A DNA stretch of 64,000 nucleotides, from the NCBI GenBank assembly GCA_963785725.1, contig CAWAWS010000007.1, forward strand, positions 320,001 through 384,000. Reading direction: 5' to 3'. Every line of letters begins with the position of its first letter. Position 1 is the stretch's first letter. The notes below the pieces were generated by a model. That model saw nothing but the letters and a program-made list of their open reading frames with translations. It had not been told where the DNA came from and searched no databases. Below are positions 32,940-44,800 of this stretch, piece by piece. Both the position numbers and the translations under genes were made by a program. The stretch is from an uncultured delta proteobacterium (GTDB taxonomy: Bacteria > Myxococcota_A > Polyangia > Palsa-1104).

Positions 32940-33647
32940 ATGAGTCGTGCGCCGCTGACGGACTACGAGAAATACATCCGCACCGATGAGCTGTTGGCGC
33001 TGCAAAAGCCCGAGGATCAGCTCAGCTGCCACGACGAGATGCAGTTTCAGGTCGTGCATCAAGTGGCCGAGCTGTGGATGAAGCTGTGCGAGCACGAGCT
33101 GACCTTCGCCGCCGCGCGCATGAAAGAGAACGCCGTGGCGCGCGCGATGCGGGCGCTGGCGCGCGTGCGCGGCATTCAGGTGCTGCTGATGGACCAGCTG
33201 GCGCTGCTCGACACGATGGCGCCGCGCGACTACATGACCATCCGTAACGCGCTCGGTCGCGGCTCGGGGCAGGAGTCGCCGGGGTTTCGCCGCATGCTGC
33301 AGCTGCCGGAAGAGGTGTGGCCGGCGTTCGCGCAGCTGCTGGAGGCGCGCGGCGTGACGCTGCGGCAGATCTACGAGGCGCCCGACTCGCAGCCGGAGCT
33401 GTTCAACCTCGCCGAAGGGCTCATCGACTACGATCAGAGCCTGCAAGCGTGGCGGATGCGCCATCTGCTCATCGTCTATCGCCAGATCGGCGCGGGGACG
33501 CCGTCGCTGAAGGGCAAGGCGTCGGACCTGCTCGCCGAAGGGCTGAAGCATCGCTTCTTCCCGAAGCTGTGGGACGTCCGCGACGAGCTGTTCGCCGAAT
33601 GGACGCGCACACACCCATATGGCGCCGAGAAGGGCTACCACGGCTGA
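32940..33647 (+). CDS. kynA: Tryptophan 2,3-dioxygenase family protein
   Basis: YEKYIRTDELLALQ, HDEMQFQVVHQVAELWMK, GRGSGQESPGFR, FFPKLWDVR. Confidence 0.88.
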   Translation: MSRAPLTDYEKYIRTDELLALQKPEDQLSCHDEMQFQVVHQVAELWMKLCEHELTFAAARMKENAVARAMRALARVRGIQVLLMDQLALLDTMAPRDYMTIRNALGRGSGQESPGFRRMLQLPEEVWPAFAQLLEARGVTLRQIYEAPDSQPELFNLAEGLIDYDQSLQAWRMRHLLIVYRQIGAGTPSLKGKASDLLAEGLKHRFFPKLWDVRDELFAEWTRTHPYGAEKGYHG

Positions 33648-33675
33648 CCGATCCGTGATAGCGCTGAGCGCGACC

Positions 33676-34824
33676 ATGACGGACGATCTCCTCCGCTGGC
33701 GCGCCGAATTTCCCGCGCTCGAACGTTCGGTGTACATGGTCTCGCATTCGCTCGGCGCGATGCCCAAACGCGCTTACGAGCATCTGCGAGGCTTCGCCGA
33801 TCTGTGGGTCAACAAGGGCATCAACGCGTGGGATGATTGGATCCCCGAGGTCGAGCGCGCGGGCGAGCGCATCGGCCGCATCATCGGCGCGCCCGCCGGC
33901 ACCGTGGCGATGGCGACGAACGTGTCGCAGATTCAGGCGCTCGTCGCCAGTTGCCTCGACTACACGCCCGCGCGCAACAAGATCGTCTTCACGGCGCTCA
34001 ATTTCCCGACGGTGAGCTACGTCTGGCACGAGGAGCGGCGGCGCGGCGCCGACGTCGTGGTCGTGCCCGGCGGCGACGGCGTGCACGCGCCGATGGACGC
34101 GCTCTTGGCGGCGATCGACGAACGCACGCTGATGGTGCCGATCTCGCACGTGCTCTTCCGCTCGTCGGCGATCAAAGACGTGGCCGCGGTCGTCAAGCGC
34201 TGTCAGGAAGTGGGCGCGCTGGTGATGCTCGATTGCTATCAGTCGACGGGCACGGTGCCGCTCGACGTGACGGCGCTGGGCGTCGATTTCGCGTGCGGCG
34301 GCTCGGTCAAGTGGCTGTGCGGCGGCCCGGGCGCGGCCTACTTGTACGTGCGGCCCGATCGGATTCCGCAGTTCGCGCCGCGCAACACCGGCTGGTTCGG
34401 CAACGTCAAGCCGTTCGCGTTCACGATGCCGGAGCAGACCTACGCGCCCAATATTTGGCGTTATATGGCGGGGACGCCGGCGATCGTCGCGCTCTATCAA
34501 GCGCGCGCGGGCGCCGAGATCGTGGCCGAGATCGGCGTCGCCAACATTCGCAAGAAGTCGCTCAGGCAGACGGCGCGCGTGCTGGCGAAGTGCGACGAGC
34601 GCGGCTGGAAGGTGAACACGCCGCGCGCCGAAAACGAGCGCGGCGGCAGCGTCTGCTTCGACTTCGCGGGCAGCGACCAGGTCGCGCGCGGCTTGAATGC
34701 GAGCGGCTTTTTGTGCGACTGGCGCCCGCAATCGGGCATCCGAATGTCGCCCCATTTTTACACCAGCGACGACGAGGTCGAGCGCTTCCTCGACGAAGTC
34801 GCGCGTCTGCAAGGCACCACGTGA
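33676..34824 (+). CDS. kynU: Kynureninase (PLP class V)
   Basis: YMVSHSLGAMP, LDCYQSTG, GGSVKWLCGGPG, GWFG, GIRMSPHFY; adjacent to TDO. Confidence 0.82.
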   Translation: MTDDLLRWRAEFPALERSVYMVSHSLGAMPKRAYEHLRGFADLWVNKGINAWDDWIPEVERAGERIGRIIGAPAGTVAMATNVSQIQALVASCLDYTPARNKIVFTALNFPTVSYVWHEERRRGADVVVVPGGDGVHAPMDALLAAIDERTLMVPISHVLFRSSAIKDVAAVVKRCQEVGALVMLDCYQSTGTVPLDVTALGVDFACGGSVKWLCGGPGAAYLYVRPDRIPQFAPRNTGWFGNVKPFAFTMPEQTYAPNIWRYMAGTPAIVALYQARAGAEIVAEIGVANIRKKSLRQTARVLAKCDERGWKVNTPRAENERGGSVCFDFAGSDQVARGLNASGFLCDWRPQSGIRMSPHFYTSDDEVERFLDEVARLQGTT

Positions 34825-34834
34825 GGAACGAACG

Positions 34835-35230
34835 ATGAATACGCCCATCAATCCGCGCGAGCTCGGCACACCGCGCGGCTACTCCAACGGCATGCTGGCG
34901 CCGCCCGGACGCATGCTCGCCATCGCCGGTCAGATCGGTTGGGACGGCACGGGCAAGCTCGTGTCCGACGACTTCGCGCAGCAGTTCAACCGCGCGCTCG
35001 GCAACGTCTTGGCCGTCTTGCACGAGGCCGGCGGCGTGCCCAGCGATTTGATCACGCTGCGCATTTACGTCGTGGATAAGCAGCGTTATTTGGCGCAAAC
35101 GAAGGAGATCGGCGCGATCTATCGCGAGCTCATGGGGACGCATTATCCGGCGATGGCGCTGCTGCAAGTGGCCGATCTGCTCGAGCCGGGCGCGCAGGTC
35201 GAGATCGAAGGGTTGGCGGTGATCTCCTGA
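34835..35230 (+). CDS. RidA/YjgF family enamine deaminase
   Basis: PRGYSNG, IAGQIGWD, HYPAMAL, VEIEG. Confidence 0.92.
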   Translation: MNTPINPRELGTPRGYSNGMLAPPGRMLAIAGQIGWDGTGKLVSDDFAQQFNRALGNVLAVLHEAGGVPSDLITLRIYVVDKQRYLAQTKEIGAIYRELMGTHYPAMALLQVADLLEPGAQVEIEGLAVIS

Positions 35231-36024
35231 TCGCGCCCAAGAGCTTCCGTTATGCCGTCGAGGATCATATTGCGACGATCACGCTCGATCGGCCGGAGAC
35301 GCTCAATTCGCTGACGTTCGAGGTCTACGCCGAGCTGCGCGACTGTTTCCGCGCGCTCGAGAACGAAGCCGAGGTGCACGCCATCGTCATCACCGGCGCC
35401 GGGCGCGGCTTCTGCAGCGGCGGCAGCGTCAACGACATCATCGGCCCCTTGTTCGCCATGTCCGCCGTCGAGCGCATGGCGTTCACGCGCATGACGGGCG
35501 ATCTCATCGGCGCCATTCGTCAGCTGCGTAAGCCGGTGGTCGCGGCCATCAACGGCGTCGCGGCGGGCGCGGGCGCGGTCATCGCGCTGGCGTGCGACTT
35601 CCGCGTCATGTCGGAGAAGGCGAAAATAGCGTTCCTGTTCGTCAAGGTCGGGTTGGCGGGCGCGGATATGGGCGCGGCCTGGCTGTTGCCGCAAGTGGTC
35701 GGCTTGGCGCGCGCGACCGAGATCTTGATGCTCGGCGATCCGGTCGTCGCCGCCGACGCGCTGCGCATCGGTTTGGCCAATCGCGTCGTCGCGCCGGAGC
35801 AGGTGGTGACCGAAGCGCGCGGGCTGGCCGAGCGGCTGGCGCGCGGGCCGCGGTTTGCGCTCGGGATGACGAAGGAGATGTTGAACCGCGAGCCGCAGCT
35901 GACGCTGGAGGCGGCGTTGGAAGCGGAAGCGCAGGCGCAGCAGATCTGCATGGCGACCGAGGATTTCCGCGAGGCGTACGAGGCGTTCACGGGCAAGCGC
36001 GAGCCGAAGTTTACCGGGAAGTAG
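35227..36024 (+). CDS. Enoyl-CoA hydratase family protein (apparent CTG start)
   Basis: The frame is open from CTG 35227: IATITLDRPETLNSLTF...ITGAGRGFCSGG...AAINGVAAGAG. Confidence 0.9.
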   Translation: MIAPKSFRYAVEDHIATITLDRPETLNSLTFEVYAELRDCFRALENEAEVHAIVITGAGRGFCSGGSVNDIIGPLFAMSAVERMAFTRMTGDLIGAIRQLRKPVVAAINGVAAGAGAVIALACDFRVMSEKAKIAFLFVKVGLAGADMGAAWLLPQVVGLARATEILMLGDPVVAADALRIGLANRVVAPEQVVTEARGLAERLARGPRFALGMTKEMLNREPQLTLEAALEAEAQAQQICMATEDFREAYEAFTGKREPKFTGK

Positions 36025-36243
36025 CCCGTCGCCGCGCGAGGCGTGCGCCGAGTGCAATCGAGCGAGCGTTCTTGTGGCGCACGGCGAGGACGCAACTTTT
36101 GGACGGGAACGGCGATAAAGGGGAGGGTGGTCGGGGGAATTCCATCGAGCCCACCATCCTCCGGACCTGTAGAGCGCGCGCCTCTCGGTATCCATGTGTC
36201 GAAGTCGTCGGTAAACGCAATCCATGAGCAACGGAGCGGGACG

Positions 36244-37356
36244 ATGATCGGCTTCCTCGAAGAGCGGCACATCGCGTTGCGCTATCGCGCGCAGGCTTGG
36301 GTCGACGCGGCCGGGCTGGAGAATGACCACGATCCGGCCGAGCTCGTCGCGCGGCTGGCGCGTCACGAGCTCTTGCGCGCCTGCGTGCCGGCGGCGTACG
36401 GCGGCCTGCGCGAGCGCGTCGAATTGCGCGACTTGTGCGTGCTGCGCGCGGTCATCGGCTATCGATCGTCGCTCGCCGACACGATGTTCGCCATGCAGGG
36501 CCTCGGCAGCTATCCGGTGACGCTGGCTGGCACCGAAGCGCAGAAGCAGGCGCTCTTGCCGTCGGTGGCGAATGGTCAAACCATTTGCGCGTTCGCGATC
36601 ACCGAGCCGGAAGCGGGCAGCGACGTGTCGAGCGTCAGCACGCGCGCGGTCCGCGACGGCGATGGCTACGTCATCGACGGCGTCAAATGCTTCATCAGCA
36701 ACGCCGGGCTCGCGCACTCGTACGTGCTGTTCGCGCGCACGTCGGACGATCGGCATCGCGGCCTCACGGCGTTCCTCGTCGACGGCAAAGCCAATGGTTT
36801 AACCATTACGCCGACCGAGCTCATCGCGCCGCATCCCATCGGCACGGTGACGTTGCGCGGCGTGCGCGTGCCGGCGTCGGCGCGCGTGGGCGAGGAGGGC
36901 CAAGGCTTTCAGCTGGCGATGGCGACGCTCGATTTCTTCCGCACGTCGGTGGGCGCGGCGGCGTTGGGCATGGCGGCGCGCGCGCTCGACGAAGCCAAGG
37001 CGCGCGTCAAGGCGCGGCGGCAGTTCGGCAAGGCCCTGAGCGAGTTTCAGGGCACGCAGATCGCGCTCGCCGACATGGCCGTCGACGTCGCGGCGTCGCG
37101 GCTGTTGGTGTTCTCGGCGGCGCAGCGCATCGACGGCGCCGATCAGCCGGGCAGCGTCGACGCGGCGATGGCCAAGCTGTACGCGACGGAGGCGGCGCAG
37201 CGCGTCGTCGATCGCGCCGTGCAGCTATTCGGCGGGCAAGGCGTGGTGGCCGGCTGTATCGTCGAGCGGCTCTATCGGGAAGTGCGCGCGCTCAGAATTT
37301 ACGAGGGCACGAGCGAGATCCAAAAGCTCGTCATCGCCAAGGCGCTGCTGCGCTGA
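36244..37356 (+). CDS. Acyl-CoA dehydrogenase
   Basis: [44 protein letters not shown]. Confidence 0.95.
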   Translation: MIGFLEERHIALRYRAQAWVDAAGLENDHDPAELVARLARHELLRACVPAAYGGLRERVELRDLCVLRAVIGYRSSLADTMFAMQGLGSYPVTLAGTEAQKQALLPSVANGQTICAFAITEPEAGSDVSSVSTRAVRDGDGYVIDGVKCFISNAGLAHSYVLFARTSDDRHRGLTAFLVDGKANGLTITPTELIAPHPIGTVTLRGVRVPASARVGEEGQGFQLAMATLDFFRTSVGAAALGMAARALDEAKARVKARRQFGKALSEFQGTQIALADMAVDVAASRLLVFSAAQRIDGADQPGSVDAAMAKLYATEAAQRVVDRAVQLFGGQGVVAGCIVERLYREVRALRIYEGTSEIQKLVIAKALLR

Positions 37357-37475
37357 AACGCGCGGTCCACGGGCATTTACGCGACAGTCGACACGCGGCG
37401 GGCGCGCAGGGCGGGCGCGCGCATCGGGCGACTGCGCTCGGCAGCGTGCTCGTCGGGGCGTCCGACGCGACATTC

Positions 37476-37682
37476 GACGGCATGCATCATCGCTGGTTCG
37501 GCGCGGAATGCGACGGCGTGCACTATCGCGCGGTCGGCGCAGAATGTGACGGCATGCGCCATCGCGTGTTCGGCGCGGAATGCGACGGCATGCGCGATGG
37601 CGCGTTCGGCGCGGAATGCGACGGCATGCGCGATGGCGCGTTCGGCGCGGAATGCGACGGCATGCGCGATGGCGCGTTCGAC
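37476..37682. repeat. 36-bp tandem repeat, about 5.5 copies
   Basis: Unit GGCGCGGAATGCGACGGCATGCGCGATGGCGCGTTC; the last three copies are identical. Confidence 0.92.
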
Positions 37683-37820
37683 GAGCAAGCGACGGCCTAT
37701 TTGCTGCTCGGCTCGGTCGCGCATCCGACGGGGGCGTTCGATAGCGCTGTCGCGCTGCGCGGATCGCGATAAATTACAGCTCGCGGCGCTGACGCGTTCG
37801 CAAAGGGAATGGTTCAACCA

Positions 37821-38186
37821 ATGCCGCATTACGAGAAGCACGTCTTCATCTGCACCAACGAGCGCGACAAAGACAACCCGAAGGGCGACTGCGCGCGCCG
37901 CGGCTCCGACGACATTCGCGACGCGTTCAAGAAGGGCATTCACGAGCGCGGCTTGAAGGGGCGCATGCGTGCCAACGCGGCCGGCTGCCTCGACCAGTGC
38001 GCGTTCGGGCCCACCGTCGTCGTCTATCCCGAGCAGGTTTGGTACTCGGTGCCGACGCGCGCGGACGCCGAGGAGATCATCGAGAAGCACTTGGTCGGCG
38101 GTGTTCCCGTCGAGCGGCTGCTGTTGCGCACGAACAAGGACAAAGAGCAGGACAAAGCCGGCAAGGAAGGCAAAGAGCCCAAATGA
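37821..38186 (+). CDS. Thioredoxin-like [2Fe-2S] ferredoxin
   Basis: HVFICTNER...DCARRG...AGCLDQCAFGPTVVVYPEQVWY. Confidence 0.93.
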   Translation: MPHYEKHVFICTNERDKDNPKGDCARRGSDDIRDAFKKGIHERGLKGRMRANAAGCLDQCAFGPTVVVYPEQVWYSVPTRADAEEIIEKHLVGGVPVERLLLRTNKDKEQDKAGKEGKEPK

Positions 38187-38437
38187 AGAAGCCGCAAATT
38201 CTCGTCGGTGTGGCCGGGCTGGCGCTCGGTCTGTTGCTCGGCGGCGCGTTCATCGGTCGCGCGCATGCGCAGCAGCCGGGCGCACGCTTTCAGTACATGT
38301 GCCAGACGAAGCTGAACAAAATCTGGACCCCCGAAGCGCAAGCCAGGCTCAACGAGCTGGGAAGCCAGGGCTGGCAGCTCTTGCCCACGCGCAGCCCAAT
38401 GAACGAGGACGTCTATTGCTACGAGCGTCGCTTCTGA
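38183..38437 (+). CDS. Small exported protein, DUF4177-like
   Basis: Signal peptide ending AHA; ARLNELGSQGWQLL motif; ATGA overlap with the ferredoxin stop. Confidence 0.7.
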   Translation: MKKPQILVGVAGLALGLLLGGAFIGRAHAQQPGARFQYMCQTKLNKIWTPEAQARLNELGSQGWQLLPTRSPMNEDVYCYERRF

Positions 38438-38485
38438 ATGGTTTAACCAATCTTCGGATTGGTTAAACCACTCGTCGCTGCCGTC

Positions 38486-39961
<1,476 letters not shown>

Positions 39962-39978
39962 AGGGAATGGTTAAACCA

Positions 39979-41520
39979 ATGACAACGCCAAGTGAGACGA
40001 CGTTTCAGCCGCAATTCCCCGAGCAGTTCAACATGGCGCGCTACTTCCTCGACGCGCGGATCGAAGAGGGGCGCGGCGATCACGTCGCCATCATCGACGA
40101 CAGCGGGCAGTACACCTATCGCCAGGTGCAAGCGATGGCGAATCAGGTGGGCAACGCGCTGACGGCGATGGGCGTGGGCGTCGAAGATCGCGTGCTCATC
40201 GGGCTCTTCGACAGCGTCGAGTTCGCGGCGGCGTTCTTCGGCATCTTGAAGATCGGCGCCGTCGTGACGATGGTGAATCCCGAGCTGCCCGACGGCGATT
40301 ATCAGCACTACCTCGACTACACGCGGGCGCGCGCGCTCATCGGCGACATTGGTTTGACCAATCGCATTGCGCCCATGATCGAGAGCTCGAAGCTGTTGCG
40401 CGGCGTCTTGAGCGCCGGCGGAAATTGGGCGGCGAAGGTCGGCGGCGCGTCGACGGAGCTCGTGAACTTCGACAGCTCCAAGGACGATCCGTCGGTGTGG
40501 CTGTTCACGTCGGGATCGACGGGGAAACCGAAGGGCGCCGTGCATCTGCAGCATGATTTTGCGTACAACACCGAGTGCTACGCCAAGCCGGTGCTGAAGA
40601 TGCGCGCCGACGACGTGACGCTCGGCGTGCCCAAGCTGTTCTTCGGCTACGCGACGGGCAGCGACTTGATGTTCCCGTTTGCCGTCGGTGCGACGGCCGT
40701 GTTGTTTCGCGAGCGGGCGACGCCGGAGAAGGTGCTCGAGCTGTGCGCCAAGCACCAGGTCACGGTGCTGACGAGCGTGCCGACGATGATCAACAAGATG
40801 GTGCAGGCGGTGGGCGGCAAGCGTTCGCTGGCGCCGTTGCGCGCGGTGATTTCGGCGGGTGAGGCGCTGCCGGCCGAGCTCTATCACCGCTGGATGGAGA
40901 CGTTCGGCGTCGAGATCCTCGACGGTATCGGGTCCGCCGAGCTGTTCCATATTTACATCACGAATCGACCGGGCGAGGCCAAGCCGGGGTCGCTCGGGCG
41001 CATCGTGCCCGGCTACGAGGCGAAGATCGTCGGCGCCGACGGCAACGTCGTCCCCGACGGTGAAATCGGCACGCTGTGGGTCAAGGGCGACTCGGCGGCG
41101 ATCTGCTATTGGCAGGCGCACGAGAAGTCCAAAGAGGTGTTGCGCGGCGATTGGGTCGTGTCGGGAGACCTGTTTCGGCGCGACGGTGAGGGCTACTATT
41201 ATTATGCCGGCCGCGCCGACGACATGCTGAAAGTGGGCGGCATTTGGGTGTCGCCGCTGGAGGTGGAGTCGTGTTTGCTGCGGCATCCGAACGTGCTGGA
41301 GGCGGCGGTCGTCGGCTACGAGGATGACGACGGGCTGGTGAAGTCGTTGGCGTTCGTGGTTCTGCGGGATGCGACGGCGTCGGACGAGCTGGCGCGCGGG
41401 ATTATCGAGCACGCCAAGAGTCAGCTCGTGCATTACAAGGCGCCGCGGAAGGTGGAGTTCGTGGCGGCGCTGCCGCGGAGTGACCGGGGGAAGATCCTGC
41501 GGCGCGAGCTGCGGACGTGA
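39979..41520 (+). CDS. Benzoate-CoA ligase family protein (probable anthranilate-CoA ligase)
   Basis: LFTSGSTGKPKG, PKLFFGY, LDGIGSAE, GRADDMLKVGGIWVSPLEVE. Confidence 0.9.
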   Translation: MTTPSETTFQPQFPEQFNMARYFLDARIEEGRGDHVAIIDDSGQYTYRQVQAMANQVGNALTAMGVGVEDRVLIGLFDSVEFAAAFFGILKIGAVVTMVNPELPDGDYQHYLDYTRARALIGDIGLTNRIAPMIESSKLLRGVLSAGGNWAAKVGGASTELVNFDSSKDDPSVWLFTSGSTGKPKGAVHLQHDFAYNTECYAKPVLKMRADDVTLGVPKLFFGYATGSDLMFPFAVGATAVLFRERATPEKVLELCAKHQVTVLTSVPTMINKMVQAVGGKRSLAPLRAVISAGEALPAELYHRWMETFGVEILDGIGSAELFHIYITNRPGEAKPGSLGRIVPGYEAKIVGADGNVVPDGEIGTLWVKGDSAAICYWQAHEKSKEVLRGDWVVSGDLFRRDGEGYYYYAGRADDMLKVGGIWVSPLEVESCLLRHPNVLEAAVVGYEDDDGLVKSLAFVVLRDATASDELARGIIEHAKSQLVHYKAPRKVEFVAALPRSDRGKILRRELRT

Positions 41521-42017
41521 CGGCGGCGGGCGCGGGGTTCGCGGCGGGCGCGGGGTTCGCGCGAGGCGCTCGGGGCGCGACGTTGGCGGCGGATGAGGCG
41601 ACGTGCGCGATGTTCGCAACAGGCGAGACGACGTGCGCGATATTCGCGGCGGCTGGCGCGATGTTCGCGACATGCGAGGCTCGGGGCGCGACGTTGGCGG
41701 CGGATGAGGCGACGTGCGCGATGTTGGCGGCAGGCGAAATGACGCGCGCGATATCCGCGGCGGCTACGGCCATGGGCATGTTGTTCGCGGCTGGCGAAAC
41801 AACGAGCGCGACGTTCGCGATGTTCGCGTCCCGGCAACCGACGGTCGCGATGGTCGCGGCAGGGGAGTTCGCGCGAGGCGGCGCGGCCGTCATGTTGGGC
41901 GCGGAGCAGGCGCTCGAAGGCGCGTCGGCGACGCGCGCCGACGGTGCGTTCGCGAGGCGCGCGACCGCGCAATGCGCGTCGGCGACGCGCGCGACCACCG
42001 CTCGAGCCGACGCGTGA
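41517..42017 (+). repeat. Degenerate ~30-bp tandem repeat region forming an open low-complexity ORF
   Basis: Recurrent GCGACGTGCGCGATGTTCGC units; the ORF overlaps both neighbours by GTGA. Confidence 0.7.
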
Positions 42018-42772
42018 GGCGCCTCGGCGAGCTGACCTGGCCCGAAGCCGAAGCCCTGCGCGCGCGCGAGCCGATCATGCTCGTGCCGATCGGCTCCACC
42101 GAGGCGCACGGCCCGCACTTGCCGCTGGCCACCGACACTATCTTGTCCGACGAGCTGGCGCTGCGCGCCGCCGCTGCGCTCGAAGCCGACGGATACGCCG
42201 CCGTCATCGCGCCCGCGCTCGCCTACGCCATCACCGACTATGCCGGCGATTTCCCGGGCACGATCTCGCTGACCGCTGCGACCGCCGTCGCAGTTTTATC
42301 GGACATCTGCAGCTCGCTCATCGGTCGCGGCTGGCGTCGCGTCTGCCTCGTCAACAGCCACCTCGAGCCGGCGCACGTGACGTCGCTGAAGGACGCTTGC
42401 GCGCAGGCGTTCGCGCGCACCGGCGTCAACGTCGCGTTCGCCGATCAGCTCGATCGGCGCTGGGCGCGCACGCTGACCGACGAGTTCAAGCGCGGCGCCT
42501 GCCACGCGGGAAGCTACGAGACGTCGCTGGTGCTGGCGGCGCGACCGGAGCTCGTACGCGACGAGCTGCGCCGCGGATTAGTGGTTAAACCAATCGACCT
42601 GGCCAAGGCGATGCGCGAAGGCAAGCGGACGTTCATCGAGGCCGGCGCCGACCAGGCGTACTTCGGCGACCCGGCGGGCGCTACGGTTGAAGAGGGCAAC
42701 GACATCTACGCGCGGCTGGTGGTCATGGTCGTCGAGACCGTGCGCGCCGCGTGGCCAATCGAGAATGGTTAA
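42014..42772 (+). CDS. Creatininase-family amidohydrolase
   Basis: LGELTWPE, PIGSTEAHGPHLPLATD, VNSHLEPAH, HAGSYETS. Confidence 0.92.
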   Translation: MRRLGELTWPEAEALRAREPIMLVPIGSTEAHGPHLPLATDTILSDELALRAAAALEADGYAAVIAPALAYAITDYAGDFPGTISLTAATAVAVLSDICSSLIGRGWRRVCLVNSHLEPAHVTSLKDACAQAFARTGVNVAFADQLDRRWARTLTDEFKRGACHAGSYETSLVLAARPELVRDELRRGLVVKPIDLAKAMREGKRTFIEAGADQAYFGDPAGATVEEGNDIYARLVVMVVETVRAAWPIENG

Positions 42773-43412
42773 ACCAATTTCGAAATTGGTTTAACCATTC
42801 AGTGGGCGTTCGCGCGACCGACTTCGGAAGCGATCCACGTCGAGCGACGAAATCGATGCGCGAGCCTGCTTCCTCCACGTTCAATCGACGATGGGTGAAG
42901 TCGAGGTCGACGCGCCCGAGATGGGTCGGATAGTTCGTCTCGGCGTATCGACCTGTCTCGGCGTATCGATCGGACTCAACACGCCGATTCGGTATCGGCT
43001 GGGAACGCCAGACGGTGGGAACGCCGACGGAATGCCGAGACGGGTCGGCACGTCATGAGAGACATGCGGCGAGGCGGGGCTTTAAGTTTCAGCCGGGGCC
43101 GGCGCGACGGACCGATTCGGTGTGGCGAGACAGCCGAATTCGGTGCGGGCAGATTCGACGCAACCAACTCATCGGCGCTACCAACTCATCGGCACGTTGA
43201 CACCGATCGGGCAGCCGTAATGGAGTCCGTGCGCCGAGACTGATTCGTGCGGCGAAGTCGAGTCTCGCGCCGCTCCGCCGCGACTCTGCCCGCTCCGATG
43301 GAGCCGAGAGCCAGAGCGCGCCTGACGATGAGAATGCCGTCGCCGCGCTGAGCATAATGGTTAAACCAGTCCTGGAATTGGTTTAACCATTCGGCGGGCG
43401 TTCCCGCCAGCG

Positions 43413-43796
43413 CTACTTGCCTTCGGCGCTGCTTCCCTGCGCGGCCGCCATCTGCGGCGAATCCGTCACCGGACGGCGGTGCCAGTGCGGAACGTGGAAC
43501 TGCCACGCGTGCCCGTCGTAGACGTACTGCGCGCGCACGTACTCGTAGCCCGACTTGCCGGTCACCCAGCGACCGTCTCGCCACACGTGGTGACCGTCGA
43601 TGAAATCCCAGTAACCGGCGACCCAGATCGATCCCGGCGACGGGCAGGGCGTCTTCACTTCCGACTTCGGCTCGGGCGGCTGGTTCGGCACTTCGACGAC
43701 GAGCGTCGGCGTTGTAGAAGACGTCTGCGTCGTTACGGCGGCGCAGCCGAAAGCGGAGAGCGAGAGGCAAAGAGCGATGGAGCGCGTGATGTTCAT
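43413..43796 (-). CDS. Lipoprotein with YXWGXW/WXXGXW repeats
   Basis: Lipobox AFGC; CPSPGSIWVAGYWDFIDGHHVWRDGRW...FHVPHW. Confidence 0.82.
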   Translation of the reverse strand: MNITRSIALCLSLSAFGCAAVTTQTSSTTPTLVVEVPNQPPEPKSEVKTPCPSPGSIWVAGYWDFIDGHHVWRDGRWVTGKSGYEYVRAQYVYDGHAWQFHVPHWHRRPVTDSPQMAAAQGSSAEGK

Positions 43797-43809
43797 GCGT
43801 GCGAGCTAG

Positions 43810-43825
43810 AGCAGAAGCCGTGCCA
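43810..43825 (-). promoter_or_regulatory. Sigma54 promoter of the YXWGXW lipoprotein gene
   Basis: Minus strand TGGCACGGCTTCTGCT (GG-N10-GC), ending 13 bp before ATG 43796. Confidence 0.75.
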
Positions 43826-43978
43826 CGAGTCGCGCGAGCGCTGCGTCAATCAACCCGCACGCTTGCATGGGACTGCGCCGACCAGATCGGGAAGTACACA
43901 CCCACCTACTGGGGTAAGTAGCCACCATCATTGGGAAACCGGAGTAGCTAAGCTTACGTTAGATGCAAGCGGGTGGGG

Positions 43979-44017
43979 TGAATGAGCGCTCATTCAAAAT
44001 GAGTGAGGGCTCATTCA
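43979..44017. promoter_or_regulatory. Tandem 18-bp palindromic operator/enhancer pair
   Basis: Perfect TGAATGAGCGCTCATTCA (43979-43996) and variant TGAGTGAGGGCTCATTCA (44000-44017), 21 bp offset. Confidence 0.75.
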
Positions 44018-44209
44018 GTGGGCGTTGGCGTGCTTACACAAGATGCAACAGGCGGTCGCGGCAAGGTCCGGCGCGCGGGTGCATCGTCGGCGATGTGCTC
44101 GAGTCGATCGCTTATTCACGCGCGAGCCGTGAGCCGTGCGCAGCGCCCAAATCGAAGCGAGCGCCTGAACCGAAGATTGGTTGAACCACGCGTAGCCAGC
44201 AGCGTTGCT

Positions 44210-44800
44210 TCCGAGTCGTGCGCGCGAACCGAGGAAGCGAGAGATCGTGGCGCGCGTTACGCGGGTCGCGGTTACGTTGTGCGCGTACACCGAGGCGCGA
44301 GAAATCGCGGCGCGTAGCATGCGCTGGGGCTCGAAGTGGAGTTGTGCGAATAGGTCGAGGAGACCAGAATCGTCGCGGGCGTTGCGCGGGCCGCGGCTGG
44401 AAGTGGAGTTGTGCGCGTGGACCTAGAGCGGGAGAAATCACCGCCGCGTGCGCGCGCGACTGATCGAGAGTGAATCGTGCGCGAGAGGCTGAAGAAATCG
44501 CGGCGCGTTGTGCGCGCGCGACGGATCGGGATGGAGTCGTGCGCGAGAGGCTAAGAGAGCGCGGCGCGTTACGTGCGCGACGGATCGGGACGGAGTCGTG
44601 CGCGAGAGGCCGAAGAAATCGCGGCGCGTTACGCGCGCGATCGAGATTGAGTCGTGCGCGAGAGGCTAAGGAATCGAGCCGCGCTCTGCGAGCGACGGAT
44701 CGGGATTGAGTCGTGCGCGAGAGCCTGAAGAAATCGCGCTGCGTCGCGCGTGCGGCGGACGCGCTTGAGTCGTGCGCGCGAGCCGAGGGCTGAAGAATCG
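44210..44800. repeat. Degenerate ~58-60-bp tandem repeat
   Basis: Unit approximately GAGTCGTGCGCGAGAGGCTGAAGAAATCGCGGCGCGTTACGCGCGCGACGGATCGGGA; clear copies near 44474, 44534, 44594, 44650, 44709, 44768. Confidence 0.88.

Noticed and set aside
37476..37682. CRISPR array with 36-bp repeats
   Set aside because: Units are head-to-tail with no unique spacers; this is a minisatellite.
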